Source: a virus. From it: a DNA stretch of 64,000 nucleotides. The notes under the pieces were generated by a model. That model made no database searches, was not told the DNA's origin, and worked only from the letters and a program-made list of their open reading frames with translations. The position numbers were made by a program, and so were the translations under genes. Shown here in pieces: positions 38,146-48,384 of this stretch. The stretch is taken from IMG/VR virus record IMGVR_UViG_3300046330_000229, positions 18,266-82,265 of that record. One strand, 5' to 3'. Numbering within the stretch: the first letter of the stretch is position 1; every line of letters starts with the position of its first letter.

Positions 38146-39099
38146 ATGTTAAGAGACACCAGAGAAGAATTTAGACCCTTTGAATATCCAGAATTTGAAG
38201 CAATACATACAAAACTTATGTCTGGATTTTGGCACCCTTTTGAAATTACTTTAAGTGACGACGTGTCTGATTATAAAACTAAACTATCCAATGATGAACG
38301 TGAAATTATCAATAGAATTTTAAAGAATTTTGTTCAGGCAGAAATTCACATTTCTAATTTTTGGGGAGATCGAGTAGCTGAGAATTTTAAAAAGCCCGAA
38401 ATACAAAATGTAGCTAGATATATTGCGGGCCAAGAAACCATTCACGCCGTAGGGTACGACTTATTAAACACAACGTTAGGACTTCAGGATTATGATAAAT
38501 TAAAAGAAGACAAAGCGTTGTATGCTAGAATTGCAATTTTAATCAATAAAAGAGCGAAGACAAACGACAACATACTGAAAGAACTATTTTTATACTCTGT
38601 AATGGGAGAAGGTGTTTCCCTTTTCAGCAGCTTTCTCACTATTTTTGCTTTTACTAAAAAGAACATGCTCAAAGGTGTAGGACAAATTGTAAGCTGGAGC
38701 ACGTTAGACGAACAGGCTCATGCGGACGTAGGTTGTTTACTGTTCAATACATTTAAAAAAGAGTACAATTTATTTACCGCTGAAATGAAAGAAGAGTTGT
38801 ACGCTTTATCTAAAGAAGTGGTTCAAATTGAATTGAATTTAGTTGACAGAGTGTTTGACGGAGTTACTACTGATGTCATCAATCCTACTCATATTAAAAA
38901 TTATATTCACGATAAAGCTAATAAACAATTAAAAAAAGTAGGCCTTAATAAAACATTCAAAGTGGATAAAGAAATGTTGAAAGAAACTGAATTTTTTGAT
39001 ATAGTGATTAACGGAGCCTCTGTACAGGACTTTTTTTCTAGCAAAGAAACGAATTACTCTAAAGGAATTTTAACATTTAACGATGACACCTGGAAATAA
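38146..39099 (+). CDS. nrdB: ribonucleotide reductase class I beta subunit
   Basis: RPFEYP, FWHP.E, ETIHAVGY, EGVSLFSSF, DEQAH, DFF...TNY. Confidence 0.95.
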   Translation: MLRDTREEFRPFEYPEFEAIHTKLMSGFWHPFEITLSDDVSDYKTKLSNDEREIINRILKNFVQAEIHISNFWGDRVAENFKKPEIQNVARYIAGQETIHAVGYDLLNTTLGLQDYDKLKEDKALYARIAILINKRAKTNDNILKELFLYSVMGEGVSLFSSFLTIFAFTKKNMLKGVGQIVSWSTLDEQAHADVGCLLFNTFKKEYNLFTAEMKEELYALSKEVVQIELNLVDRVFDGVTTDVINPTHIKNYIHDKANKQLKKVGLNKTFKVDKEMLKETEFFDIVINGASVQDFFSSKETNYSKGILTFNDDTWK

Positions 39100-39100
39100 C

Positions 39101-40804
39101 ATGACACTACAAGAACTAAAAGATAAAGACTTGGCTCCTCAATTTATGACAGAAGAGTCATATAATACATTACGTAACGGTTATCTGTTAGATGAAGAAA
39201 CTCCTCGCGATATGTACCAAAGAGTTGCTGACTTTTCAGCTAAGAACTATAAAAATCCAAAAGATTATGCGAAAGATTTCTTTGATGCTATGTGGAACAA
39301 CTGGTTATGCGCAGCAACTCCGGTGTTAAGTAACGCAAACACAAAGAATTTACAAATATCCTGCTACTCAGGAACTTCAGCAAATAAAATGTCCGGTATA
39401 ATGAATCATCTTAAAGAAGCAGCTATGCTTACAAAATATGGTGGAGGTTGTGGTAGCAGCTTCGATTTATTAAAACCCGAAGGTGGAGACATAGTACCGT
39501 TCTTAAAGATGCTAGAGTCGGTTGTCGATGGAGTTAAGCAAGGAAAAGCTCGTCGAGGCGCGGTAGCAAGCTATTTAAATATTACACACGTAGACGCTGA
39601 ACAATTCATCAATATTAGAAGTCAAACTGGAGACTTATCTAGAAAATGTCATTCAGTAGCATTTCATAACGCTATCACCATTGACGATCAGATTATGAAT
39701 GAAATTACAACCAGTAGCGGAAAATATAGAAATATGTGGAACCAGATAATGACACAGAGATCTGAAACTGGTGAACCTTACATCATGTTTACCGGTAATG
39801 CAAATAAAAATTGCCCAGATGAATATGAAGGAACTATTACTCAAAGCAATTTATGTAGTGAGATTATGGCTCCAGTAAGTCCGGAAGAAACGTTTGTATG
39901 CTGCTTGTCTTCTTTAAACTTAGCCAGATATGACGAATGGAAGTCTCATAAGTTTTTAAATACAAGTCTATCTTTAGTTGAGTTGTCTATTTATTTCTTA
40001 GATAGTGTCATTACTAATTTTGTAAAGCAAACTGAAAATATGGAAGGTTTAGAAAATGCTCGACGTTTTGCCGAACGACACAGAATGTTAGGACTAGGGG
40101 TCCTTGGGTGGCATACGCTACTTCAGTCTAAATTAATTCCTTTCGAGTCATTTCAAGCTATGCAATTAAATAATGAAGTGTTTAAAATGATTAGAGAACA
40201 AGCATATAAAGCTAGTGACGATTTAGCTATAATGTTCGAACCGTGCATCGTTAACGGTAAACGTCGCAATACAGCACTGTTAGCTATCGCACCAACTATG
40301 AGTAATAGTCTTATATCCGGCGGAGTGTCTCAAGGTATAGAACCTTTAACAGCTAATCTATTTAGCCAAAAAGCATCAAAAGGAACGTTCATCAAAAAGA
40401 ACCGGCAGTTATTGGGTATTCTACAATCAAAAGGATTAGACACTACTGAAGTATGGGAGCAGATAAATAAAGATCGCGGTAGTGTAAAAAACGTAAAACA
40501 ATTGAGTGATGAAGAAAAGCAAGTATTTCTAACAGCGAGAGAGATTAATCAGTACGCTCTGGTACAACAAGCCTCACAACGTCAAAAATACATAGATCAG
40601 GCTCAAAGTCTTAATTTATTTTTTAGCACACCGACTAACGCTACAGAAGGCAAACTTGTGGCTAAGTATATCAACGACGTACATTTAGAGGCGTGGCGGT
40701 CTGGCGTTAAAAGTCTGTATTACTTAAAAACCGAAAGCCCGCTCAAAGGTGACACCGTGTTTATTGATAAAGAAGATGGTAGCTGTAAAGCGTGTGAAGG
40801 TTGA
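39101..40804 (+). CDS. nrdA: ribonucleotide reductase class I alpha subunit, no ATP cone
   Basis: ATPVLSN, ISC, SNLCSEI, LGLGVLG, IAPT, KSLYY, C-terminal CKACEG. Confidence 0.95.
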   Translation: MTLQELKDKDLAPQFMTEESYNTLRNGYLLDEETPRDMYQRVADFSAKNYKNPKDYAKDFFDAMWNNWLCAATPVLSNANTKNLQISCYSGTSANKMSGIMNHLKEAAMLTKYGGGCGSSFDLLKPEGGDIVPFLKMLESVVDGVKQGKARRGAVASYLNITHVDAEQFINIRSQTGDLSRKCHSVAFHNAITIDDQIMNEITTSSGKYRNMWNQIMTQRSETGEPYIMFTGNANKNCPDEYEGTITQSNLCSEIMAPVSPEETFVCCLSSLNLARYDEWKSHKFLNTSLSLVELSIYFLDSVITNFVKQTENMEGLENARRFAERHRMLGLGVLGWHTLLQSKLIPFESFQAMQLNNEVFKMIREQAYKASDDLAIMFEPCIVNGKRRNTALLAIAPTMSNSLISGGVSQGIEPLTANLFSQKASKGTFIKKNRQLLGILQSKGLDTTEVWEQINKDRGSVKNVKQLSDEEKQVFLTAREINQYALVQQASQRQKYIDQAQSLNLFFSTPTNATEGKLVAKYINDVHLEAWRSGVKSLYYLKTESPLKGDTVFIDKEDGSCKACEG

Positions 40805-41005
40805 TGAAAATATCTGTTGACTTTATTTAAATTGTGTGTAATACTCTATAAAAGAGGTAAATATGCAATATGCTAGATACAATACATACAATCTATTAGA
40901 GTCTCAATATGGTATTAAGATTACCAAAAGACGATATATCAAAGATAAGAGTTTGATAGTAGCGTTCTTTTTTAATACAAAAAGTTACGTTTTTACATTT
41001 AACGC

Positions 41006-41034
41006 TTGACAATAACCCGAACATGTGATATGGT
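41006..41034 (+). promoter_or_regulatory. sigma70 promoter, leaderless
   Basis: TTGACA-17-TATGGT; ATG at 41041. Confidence 0.7.
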
Positions 41035-41040
41035 ATATAA

Positions 41041-41724
41041 ATGAAGTTATTTTTATTATTATTAATGACCCCTATGGTGTGTTTTACTCAAGCACAGTAT
41101 GAACTTGTGTATAATAAAAAAGCATCTATCAGATTAGCTGTTCTAGATAGTGGCGTGGATCATAATTACTTATCGGGTGTAAAGTTGTGCGATAATCCTT
41201 TTCAAGATATGACGGGATCAGGCATTCGGGATGAATTTGGTCACGGATCTAATATTCTAAAGTTAGCAACTAAAGATTTAGAAAATGTAGATTATTGTGT
41301 TACAATTATAAAGATTTTTACAAAGTCTACCGACAACAGTATTTATTCCATCATAAAAGGTTTAATATACGCTAGAAATAATAATTTTACAGTAGCCAAC
41401 CTTTCTTTTGGTGGTGTAAATAGCGAAATTGATTTAGAAAAACAGTTGATAACAGAAATGCTAGACTTAGGTGTTAAACTATTTGTAGCCGCCGGTAATG
41501 AGCGTACTAACTTAAGTAAAACGCATTGTAACTACTTTCCAGCATGTTATGACGATCGAATTATTTCCGTAGGAAGCACAACCGGAACATACAGTAATTA
41601 CGGTCCTTATATAAAAGCATGGAACGACGGAACTGACATCACAGCCGGCGGTCATAAAATGAGCGGAACTTCACAGGCAACGGCTATAGAGACAAATAAG
41701 TTTCTTAAGTCGTTTGGGAGATAG
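41041..41724 (+). CDS. secreted minimal subtilisin (peptidase S8)
   Basis: AVLDSG (Asp), HGSNI (His), AAGNE oxyanion, SGTSQA (Ser); signal peptide. Confidence 0.88.
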   Translation: MKLFLLLLMTPMVCFTQAQYELVYNKKASIRLAVLDSGVDHNYLSGVKLCDNPFQDMTGSGIRDEFGHGSNILKLATKDLENVDYCVTIIKIFTKSTDNSIYSIIKGLIYARNNNFTVANLSFGGVNSEIDLEKQLITEMLDLGVKLFVAAGNERTNLSKTHCNYFPACYDDRIISVGSTTGTYSNYGPYIKAWNDGTDITAGGHKMSGTSQATAIETNKFLKSFGR

Positions 41725-41726
41725 TC

Positions 41727-42812
41727 ATGAGAATGAGTCACAGTTCCCGTGGTAAATATGCAACGTGTCCATATTCTTACTATTTACACTATATTAAAAA
41801 AATTCGTCCAAACTGGACATCTTCAGCACTTCTGTTTGGCGATGCTTTAGATAAAGCTATTAATGAACTACTTTTAAAAACAGACAACCTTCCCTATGAA
41901 ACATTCTTGAAAGGATGGACTAATGGATTTATCAACAAAAAGCCCGTCTATCTACCAACGAGCGAAAGCCTTTTATACGCAAATAAAGATTACAATTCTA
42001 ACTTACTTACAAAAGACGATTACGACGAAATTGATAAAAGAGTTAAGAGCGGAGAACTTGAGGATCATGAATACGGAGAACTTGTTGACAGAAAAAAACA
42101 ATTCGGTTGGGAAAAGTTAAGCACCCAACAAAAACGTTACTTTAATTTTGTAAATTGGCTGTGTATGAAAAACAAAGCAAAATACATATTAGAAGGTTAT
42201 GAAAAACAGATTCTACCGAAACTAACAAAGATCCATGCTGTACAAAAAGAGTTTAACGTTGACAATGGTCAAGGTGACTCATTAACTGGATTTATAGATC
42301 TTATAGCTGACGTAGAAGGTCATGGAACGGTAATACTAGACAACAAATCATCGGCGCGGCTGTATGACTGGGATTCGCCTAGCAAAAGCCCGCAGCTAGC
42401 CTTATATGAGCACATTGAAGGATCAACATACCAAACGTCTAAGGTCGGCTTCATCGTAATGTTGAAGCAATTAAAAGACAATAAACAGAAGACGTGCAAA
42501 TCGTGCGGTCATGTAGGACAAGGTACGCATAAAACTTGCGATAACGTAGTCAATACAAAACGATGCGGCGGCGAGTGGGATGAAGTTATTAAACTAGAAG
42601 CTGACTTTCAGTTCTTAGTTCAAGAAGTAGATAAATCTTTTGGTAATATGACTATGGAAAGTATGGACGAAACGGCACAAGCAATTAACGCTAATATTTT
42701 TCCTAAAAACTTAAGCAGTTGTTACGATTCTTTTGGATCAGACTGTATCTATCTAAAGTATTGCTTATCTTCGTGTAAAAATAAAACAGGATTAACAGAG
42801 GAAACAGAATGA
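41727..42812 (+). CDS. PD-(D/E)XK exonuclease (RecB/Cas4-like)
   Basis: SHSS...CP, GFIDL...ILDNKS, QLALY, C-terminal Cys cluster, extra zinc ribbon. Confidence 0.85.
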   Translation: MRMSHSSRGKYATCPYSYYLHYIKKIRPNWTSSALLFGDALDKAINELLLKTDNLPYETFLKGWTNGFINKKPVYLPTSESLLYANKDYNSNLLTKDDYDEIDKRVKSGELEDHEYGELVDRKKQFGWEKLSTQQKRYFNFVNWLCMKNKAKYILEGYEKQILPKLTKIHAVQKEFNVDNGQGDSLTGFIDLIADVEGHGTVILDNKSSARLYDWDSPSKSPQLALYEHIEGSTYQTSKVGFIVMLKQLKDNKQKTCKSCGHVGQGTHKTCDNVVNTKRCGGEWDEVIKLEADFQFLVQEVDKSFGNMTMESMDETAQAINANIFPKNLSSCYDSFGSDCIYLKYCLSSCKNKTGLTEETE

Positions 42813-43449
42813 AGTACGAATATTCAACGCCTATGAAAACAATCGAATACGATTTATTATCTCAAAAAGAACAACAAAGTCCTGCTATTATACTTAATAG
42901 TGGTAGTATTTATAGTATAGATGCTTCTCTTGATACAAGTTGGCTTGATAATATCTCTGGTAAAATTATAGAGGATGCAGTAAAAAAATTCGAAGAACGT
43001 ATGAAAGGTGGTAATTCGTGGGATCGATAGGATTATTAACAATAATGGCAATGCTTACGGCACAAGGTGAGCCTTGGCCTGAAACACTAAAAACTAACTC
43101 AGTCACTATTGTGTGTAAAGATATAAAAGCTGTTGTAAGTAAAACCGGATATAAATACTCAGGTGTAATGGTTAAACAAGACGTGTATATGACTGAATTA
43201 AACTCTGATGAACTATCAGATTTAATAGTAAAGCGTTGTTATTAGTGCAAGAGTTGTTAGTTATTTTTTCTTGTATGAACAACGTAGGATGCCAAGAGGC
43301 GTACTCCGCATATTACCAGTACAATCCTCAAGTTATTGCTGACATTAAACTGCTGGAGAAAAGTTATAAAGATGCTGCGGGTCCAGTGATTACTAATTAC
43401 GGACTACCCGTTGTGTCAGCACTAATTACTAACAAAATTAATTTAAGTC

Positions 43450-43478
43450 TTGACAAAAACTTATTTTTAGAGTATAAT
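43450..43478 (+). promoter_or_regulatory. consensus sigma70 promoter inside ORF 43236-43517
   Basis: TTGACA-17-TATAAT. Confidence 0.75.
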
Positions 43479-43892
43479 CAAGAAAACTATAAAATTATAT
43501 TTAGGAGATCCTTTTAATGGCTAACAAAAAAGAAACAGACGAATTACTACGATTACTAGAAGAACAAAAAGAGTTGGAGATCTTAAAGAAATCTAAATCT
43601 CTAAAAGAAACTATTGATAAAGCTGAAAAAGAAGCTAAACAAACCGTTAAATTTACTGGAGTAATGGTTGGTAAAACTGAGAAAACTATTAAAAGTAACG
43701 TCACGGACGAATTAGTTAACATTAAAAAATACGAAGTGTACGAATTAACAATTGATGGTAACGATAAAATTACAAGCAAACAACTGATTCATTCGGAATC
43801 AAACGAAGCGGTTGCGTTTAGTAAAGCTACACAACATTTAACAAGCTCTTACATGAAGGGCACAAAATTTAAAACAAAGAAGGAACAATAAA

Positions 43893-44435
43893 GTGTTAAA
43901 ACCTTCCGGTCGCCCCAGATCCTTTAATAAATGGGAAATTTCTGGAGATACAGCATACGCTAGTCTTAGACACGGTGTCGTTGTTATTTCTAAAGCTTCC
44001 CTTGATTTGGTTCAGGCTTATAGATGGTTCACTAAACTAGCTAAACCGTCAAACGCGGCTTATGTTTACACGCACCTTTACGGAAATAAAAAAACAACAA
44101 TTCATAGAATGATTATGGGAATAACGGATTCTAAAATTTTAGTGGATCATAAAAATAGAAACACTTTAGATAATACTATAGAAAATCTAAGAATTGCTTC
44201 TAAAGCTCAGAATAACATAAATACTAAAAAACGTAAAAATTGTAGAAGTATATATAAAGGTGTCACGATTAGACCTTCGGGTAGATACGGATGTTATATT
44301 TCGTTTGATAAGAAAATGATCTGTCTTGGTACTTTTGATCTAGAAGAGGACGCAGCTTTAGCTTATAATATAAAAGCTGAAGAGTTATACGGTGAATACG
44401 CAAATTTAAATAAAATAAAAAGGAGAACTAAATGA
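43893..44435 (+). CDS. HNH-AP2 homing endonuclease
   Basis: HRMIM, VDHKNRNTLDNTIENLR; AP2 domain YKGV...LGTF..EEDAALAYN. Confidence 0.9.
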   Translation: MLKPSGRPRSFNKWEISGDTAYASLRHGVVVISKASLDLVQAYRWFTKLAKPSNAAYVYTHLYGNKKTTIHRMIMGITDSKILVDHKNRNTLDNTIENLRIASKAQNNINTKKRKNCRSIYKGVTIRPSGRYGCYISFDKKMICLGTFDLEEDAALAYNIKAEELYGEYANLNKIKRRTK

Positions 44436-44983
44436 TTAAATTGTTACAAAAACTAAGCAAAGTAAAAGCGAAAATGGGTGCGGTAGCTAAAACCTCGGAT
44501 AATCCATATTTCAAGAGTAAATATGCCGACCTCAATTCACATCTAGAAGCAATCGAGCCTCTACTACAGGAAAATGGTTTGTTTTTAACACAACCTTGTG
44601 AAATTGTTGGTGGAAAGAACGTAGTTTCTACTCGGGTGTATGATGTCGAAACCGGCGAATCTATCAGTTCTTCTTTAGAACTTCTAGTTAAAGATGTGGA
44701 CATGCAGAAATTAGGATCGGCAGTTACTTATGCCCGTCGATACACGCTTTCTGCTATTTTTGGAATGAAAGCTGAAGACGATGACGCAAATGTTGTGTCA
44801 GGCAAAGTTACACAAAAACAACCTTCATCGTTCATCACTAAAGTTAAAACAGAATTACAGCCTATTTCTGCGGTTGAGAACGTAACAGTTTCACACAGCA
44901 GTCCTCCAGCTAAAACTACAATGGGATCATTTAAGCGTCCAGCTCCAGCAGCGAAAGTTGCTACTAGCGGAGATGAGTTATAA
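44432..44983 (+). CDS. erf: ERF-family single-strand annealing protein
   Basis: NPYFKSKYADL, QKLGSAVTYARRYTL, EDDDAN. Confidence 0.92.
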   Translation: MIKLLQKLSKVKAKMGAVAKTSDNPYFKSKYADLNSHLEAIEPLLQENGLFLTQPCEIVGGKNVVSTRVYDVETGESISSSLELLVKDVDMQKLGSAVTYARRYTLSAIFGMKAEDDDANVVSGKVTQKQPSSFITKVKTELQPISAVENVTVSHSSPPAKTTMGSFKRPAPAAKVATSGDEL

Positions 44984-45145
44984 TGACTGAATTTTCATTG
45001 GGAGTATTTATATCACTAATTACGTTTGTGTTAATTAGTTTAACCTCCGCAGCTACTTCTGCCTTAATATTTCAGGTATTAGCCGGCGTAGCTGTAGGAC
45101 ACTTGAGTGTTAAACTTTCTAAAACTATTTTAAAAAGGACAAAAA

Positions 45146-46003
45146 ATGAGCGAAAATAATCCAAAGTTAGAAGTGACAGATGAAGAAATTGAAGCAGTAA
45201 GCGGTATTGACGAAGATACAGCAGATCTGTACGCAGCAGCAATGATGTATAATGGCGGTACAGTAGAAAAGGCTTTGATTCAAATCAACAAACTACAGGC
45301 TCCACAAGGCGGCGTGGAACAGTTAAACATTATGTTAAAATCTCTGTTGTGTGCTTTAATCACAGACGAGACGTTTAATTATAATAAGTTTAAAAATGTT
45401 AAATTAAAAGAGTTACACAAAACTATGTTTGACTTACTAAAAGCAAAAGCAATCATTAGCGCTGACATTCGTAAGCGTGTTCGTTCAGGTGATACAGCGG
45501 AGCCTATTAGTCAAGAAGAAAAAGAAAGTATTTTAAAGAGGATTTAATGGTTAATATCACTAAATATTTAAAAGGTAGTGTTCCACATTTCGAGAGAGTA
45601 TTAATTGATGCACAAAATGCTCTTTCATCACAGGAAGTACCAGAAGAAGTTCGATTGGAATTAGCAGAAACAGTAGTTTTTGTTAATAATATTTTAAAAG
45701 AAATTGCGGAATTACCCGCACAAGAAACAAACGGAGAACAGAATGTCTGAAAAGAAAGTATACAAACAACCGAAAAATCGAGTTGGTTATGTATCTAAAA
45801 CCAAAACAGGTAAGAATAAAATTACAGTAGAGCAGGACTTTTCTTTAAAAGCCGGCCAAACTCTTATTTTCAATACACCAGGAGAAAATATTGATAGTCT
45901 AGTCAAAGGTGGATTTATCACTGAAGAACAAGGTGAAGAACGTAAGACTAAAGTTCCAGAGTGGAAAAAGTTTGAAGTAGATCTTTTACCGGATAGAGAT
46001 TAA
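45146..46003 (+). other. three hypothetical genes in the replication module
   Basis: ORFs 45146, 45547 and 45743-46003. Confidence 0.6.
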
Positions 46004-46143
46004 TTTATACCGCGTCAAGGATGACGCAATTTCAATAAACCTGTCACCTAGGTTAGTGGTGAGGCTGATCTGCTTGTGAAGTTCGCGCACACACGAACAA
46101 TCATTTGTGTGCAATTTTTTATTATACAACTAAGGAGTTATGT

Positions 46144-48099
46144 TTGTATTACAAAGCTATTTCCATCGGTGTTAACAACAGAAAACTAGTTCCTGAAAAA
46201 GATGTTATTACAACTCTATCTGAGCTATATCAAAAAGATCCAAATAAAGATTACTACGTTTCAGTCTTTCGTTACAACCAAAGACATTATGATCAATTTC
46301 AAAAGACCAACTCATTAGCCGGAATTAAAGATGTAAAAACTAAAACTTTACTATTTGATTTTGACGACAAGGCAAACCCAGAGAATGCTAGACAAGATAC
46401 TATTACTTTAGTTGATAGGCTAACTTCTCACGGTATCAGCAGTGAGCAAATTAACGTTTCTTTTTCCGGTAACAAGGGTACTCACGTCGAGGTTAACTTT
46501 AATCAAGAGCTAACACGCGACGAAGTAAACAACATTAGAAATACTATGGCTAAAGATTTAACGTCCAACGATCCGTCCGTTAAAGACGAACAAAGACTAC
46601 TCCGTGCTGTATTATCTAAAAATAATAAAAGTGGACTATACAAAATCCCGTTGACGGTAAATGAACTACGGACTCTAACTGTGGACCAAATTAAAAACAA
46701 AGCGACCGAAGTGACGGACTCACACATGGAACTGGCTGAAAAGCAGCTAGCTGTGTCTATAGATATTCCAAAGCAATTAGAACAATTAAAGTATAAAAAA
46801 GAATTAGTAAAACCTAAATCTATAGTGGTCGATTCTCCAGATTTCAATAAAAATAAAACAGGGCTAACGAATGCCAAGTACGCTTTGTCAGAAGGGTATT
46901 TTGAAGAGGGTGAGAGACACGAAGCTATCATGATTCTGTCTGCTACTTTCCTAGGACTAGGATGGCATAAAGAGTTAACGTACAACGCGTTGAAAGCGAC
47001 TCTACGACTACGTGCTGAACGATTGGGTATTGATGATTTAAATGATGAAAGCAAAAGAGAATTATGGAGAGAGGTAGAACAAGTTTACTCGCCGCTTTGG
47101 AAAGGTGGCATGTACAGTGAAGATACTAATGAATTATTAATCGCCACAAAAGAGCGTTACAATATACAAGATAAGTATGATAGAAATTTATTGATTAATT
47201 TACCGCAAATCAATAATATTTTTGCTGACTTTGCTACAAACATAGATAAGAACACTTTAAAACTGGGAATACCTTCGTTTGATCAAGAAATACGTGTAAC
47301 AACTAGTACGTTAGTGTCGATATTAGCAGCTCCTTCAGCGGGTAAGTCTAGTATTAGTTTTGGTATATTAAACAGTACTTCAAAAGAAGGGATTAAGTCC
47401 ATGTTCTTCTCTCTTGACATGGCCGCTCCGCAAGTGTATCAACGTTTAGCACAAAGACACACAGGGTATCATAGTGATAGACTCTTTTCTGCATATCAAA
47501 ACAAAGACACTGCTGTTATTGATAAAGTAGAAAAAACTTTAGAGGACGAATATAAAAATGTTAAATTTTGTTTTCGTGGCGCAATGAATGTTGATATTAT
47601 TAGAGATGCTTTACTAAAAGAAAAAGATTTAACTGGAGAATTTCCTAAATTAATTGTTGTCGATTATTTAGAAAACGTTCTAACTGATTTATCTAATGAT
47701 CCAACGATAGCGAAAGGTTTTGTTGCTCGATCTTTAAAAGATATTGCTAACGAATTTGCTATCTGTGTAATTTTATTAACGCAACCAGCCAAAGTTACAG
47801 GCGGCCCAGCAGAAGAACTAAACTCTTATTTTAATATAAAGGGATCTGGACTAGTCGCCGAGGCGAGTGCCCAAGTAATAACCATGCACCGTCCAGGATT
47901 CGATCCTAAAAATCCAGCAGACGACAATTTCATAACGTTAACTGTTGTTAAGAATCGTATGGGAACGTTAGGTACTTTTGATTATCATTGGGAAGGTGTG
48001 CGCGGTACAATTAGAGAACTAACATCAGAGGAATCGCAAACATTAAAAGTTGTTAGAGAACAAAATTTTGCCAAGAAAAAAGGAATGAGTGATTTATAA
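46144..48099 (+). CDS. AEP primase fused to DnaB-like helicase
   Basis: AEP motifs FDFD and FSGNKGTH; helicase APSAGKS, FSLDM, IVVDYL, KNRMG; TTG start after AAGGAG. Confidence 0.88.
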   Translation: MYYKAISIGVNNRKLVPEKDVITTLSELYQKDPNKDYYVSVFRYNQRHYDQFQKTNSLAGIKDVKTKTLLFDFDDKANPENARQDTITLVDRLTSHGISSEQINVSFSGNKGTHVEVNFNQELTRDEVNNIRNTMAKDLTSNDPSVKDEQRLLRAVLSKNNKSGLYKIPLTVNELRTLTVDQIKNKATEVTDSHMELAEKQLAVSIDIPKQLEQLKYKKELVKPKSIVVDSPDFNKNKTGLTNAKYALSEGYFEEGERHEAIMILSATFLGLGWHKELTYNALKATLRLRAERLGIDDLNDESKRELWREVEQVYSPLWKGGMYSEDTNELLIATKERYNIQDKYDRNLLINLPQINNIFADFATNIDKNTLKLGIPSFDQEIRVTTSTLVSILAAPSAGKSSISFGILNSTSKEGIKSMFFSLDMAAPQVYQRLAQRHTGYHSDRLFSAYQNKDTAVIDKVEKTLEDEYKNVKFCFRGAMNVDIIRDALLKEKDLTGEFPKLIVVDYLENVLTDLSNDPTIAKGFVARSLKDIANEFAICVILLTQPAKVTGGPAEELNSYFNIKGSGLVAEASAQVITMHRPGFDPKNPADDNFITLTVVKNRMGTLGTFDYHWEGVRGTIRELTSEESQTLKVVREQNFAKKKGMSDL

Positions 48100-48384
48100 T
48101 GGCTACACCAAAAATAAATAAACTATTAAAAGCATTAGGCGGTAAGGTTGTTACTGTCACCATGAAATATTCACCGGCATATAAAAGTAACCCTGTTGTT
48201 ATGGGTGTGCTACTAGATGCGGATGACACACACTACTATTTGGGCGAGGACTTAGAAGTGGCTATAGCTATACCGGTACATGCTGTAAACTTTATTGCTG
48301 ATAGTGAAATTGTAACCGCGCCTTTATCTGAAGCTAAAGAAGAGACTCCTGTAAAAAAACCTTTTGGGACTAAATTACAATAGC

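Noticed and set aside
38146-39099. Unusual RNR metal class, because the first ligand appears to be Glu (QAE)
   Set aside because: The radical Tyr is retained and Glu at this site occurs in other class I subclades; it cannot be called without phylogeny.
41727-42812. Cas4 as part of a CRISPR system
   Set aside because: No array or other cas genes; the context (ERF, primase, polymerase) indicates a recombination exonuclease.
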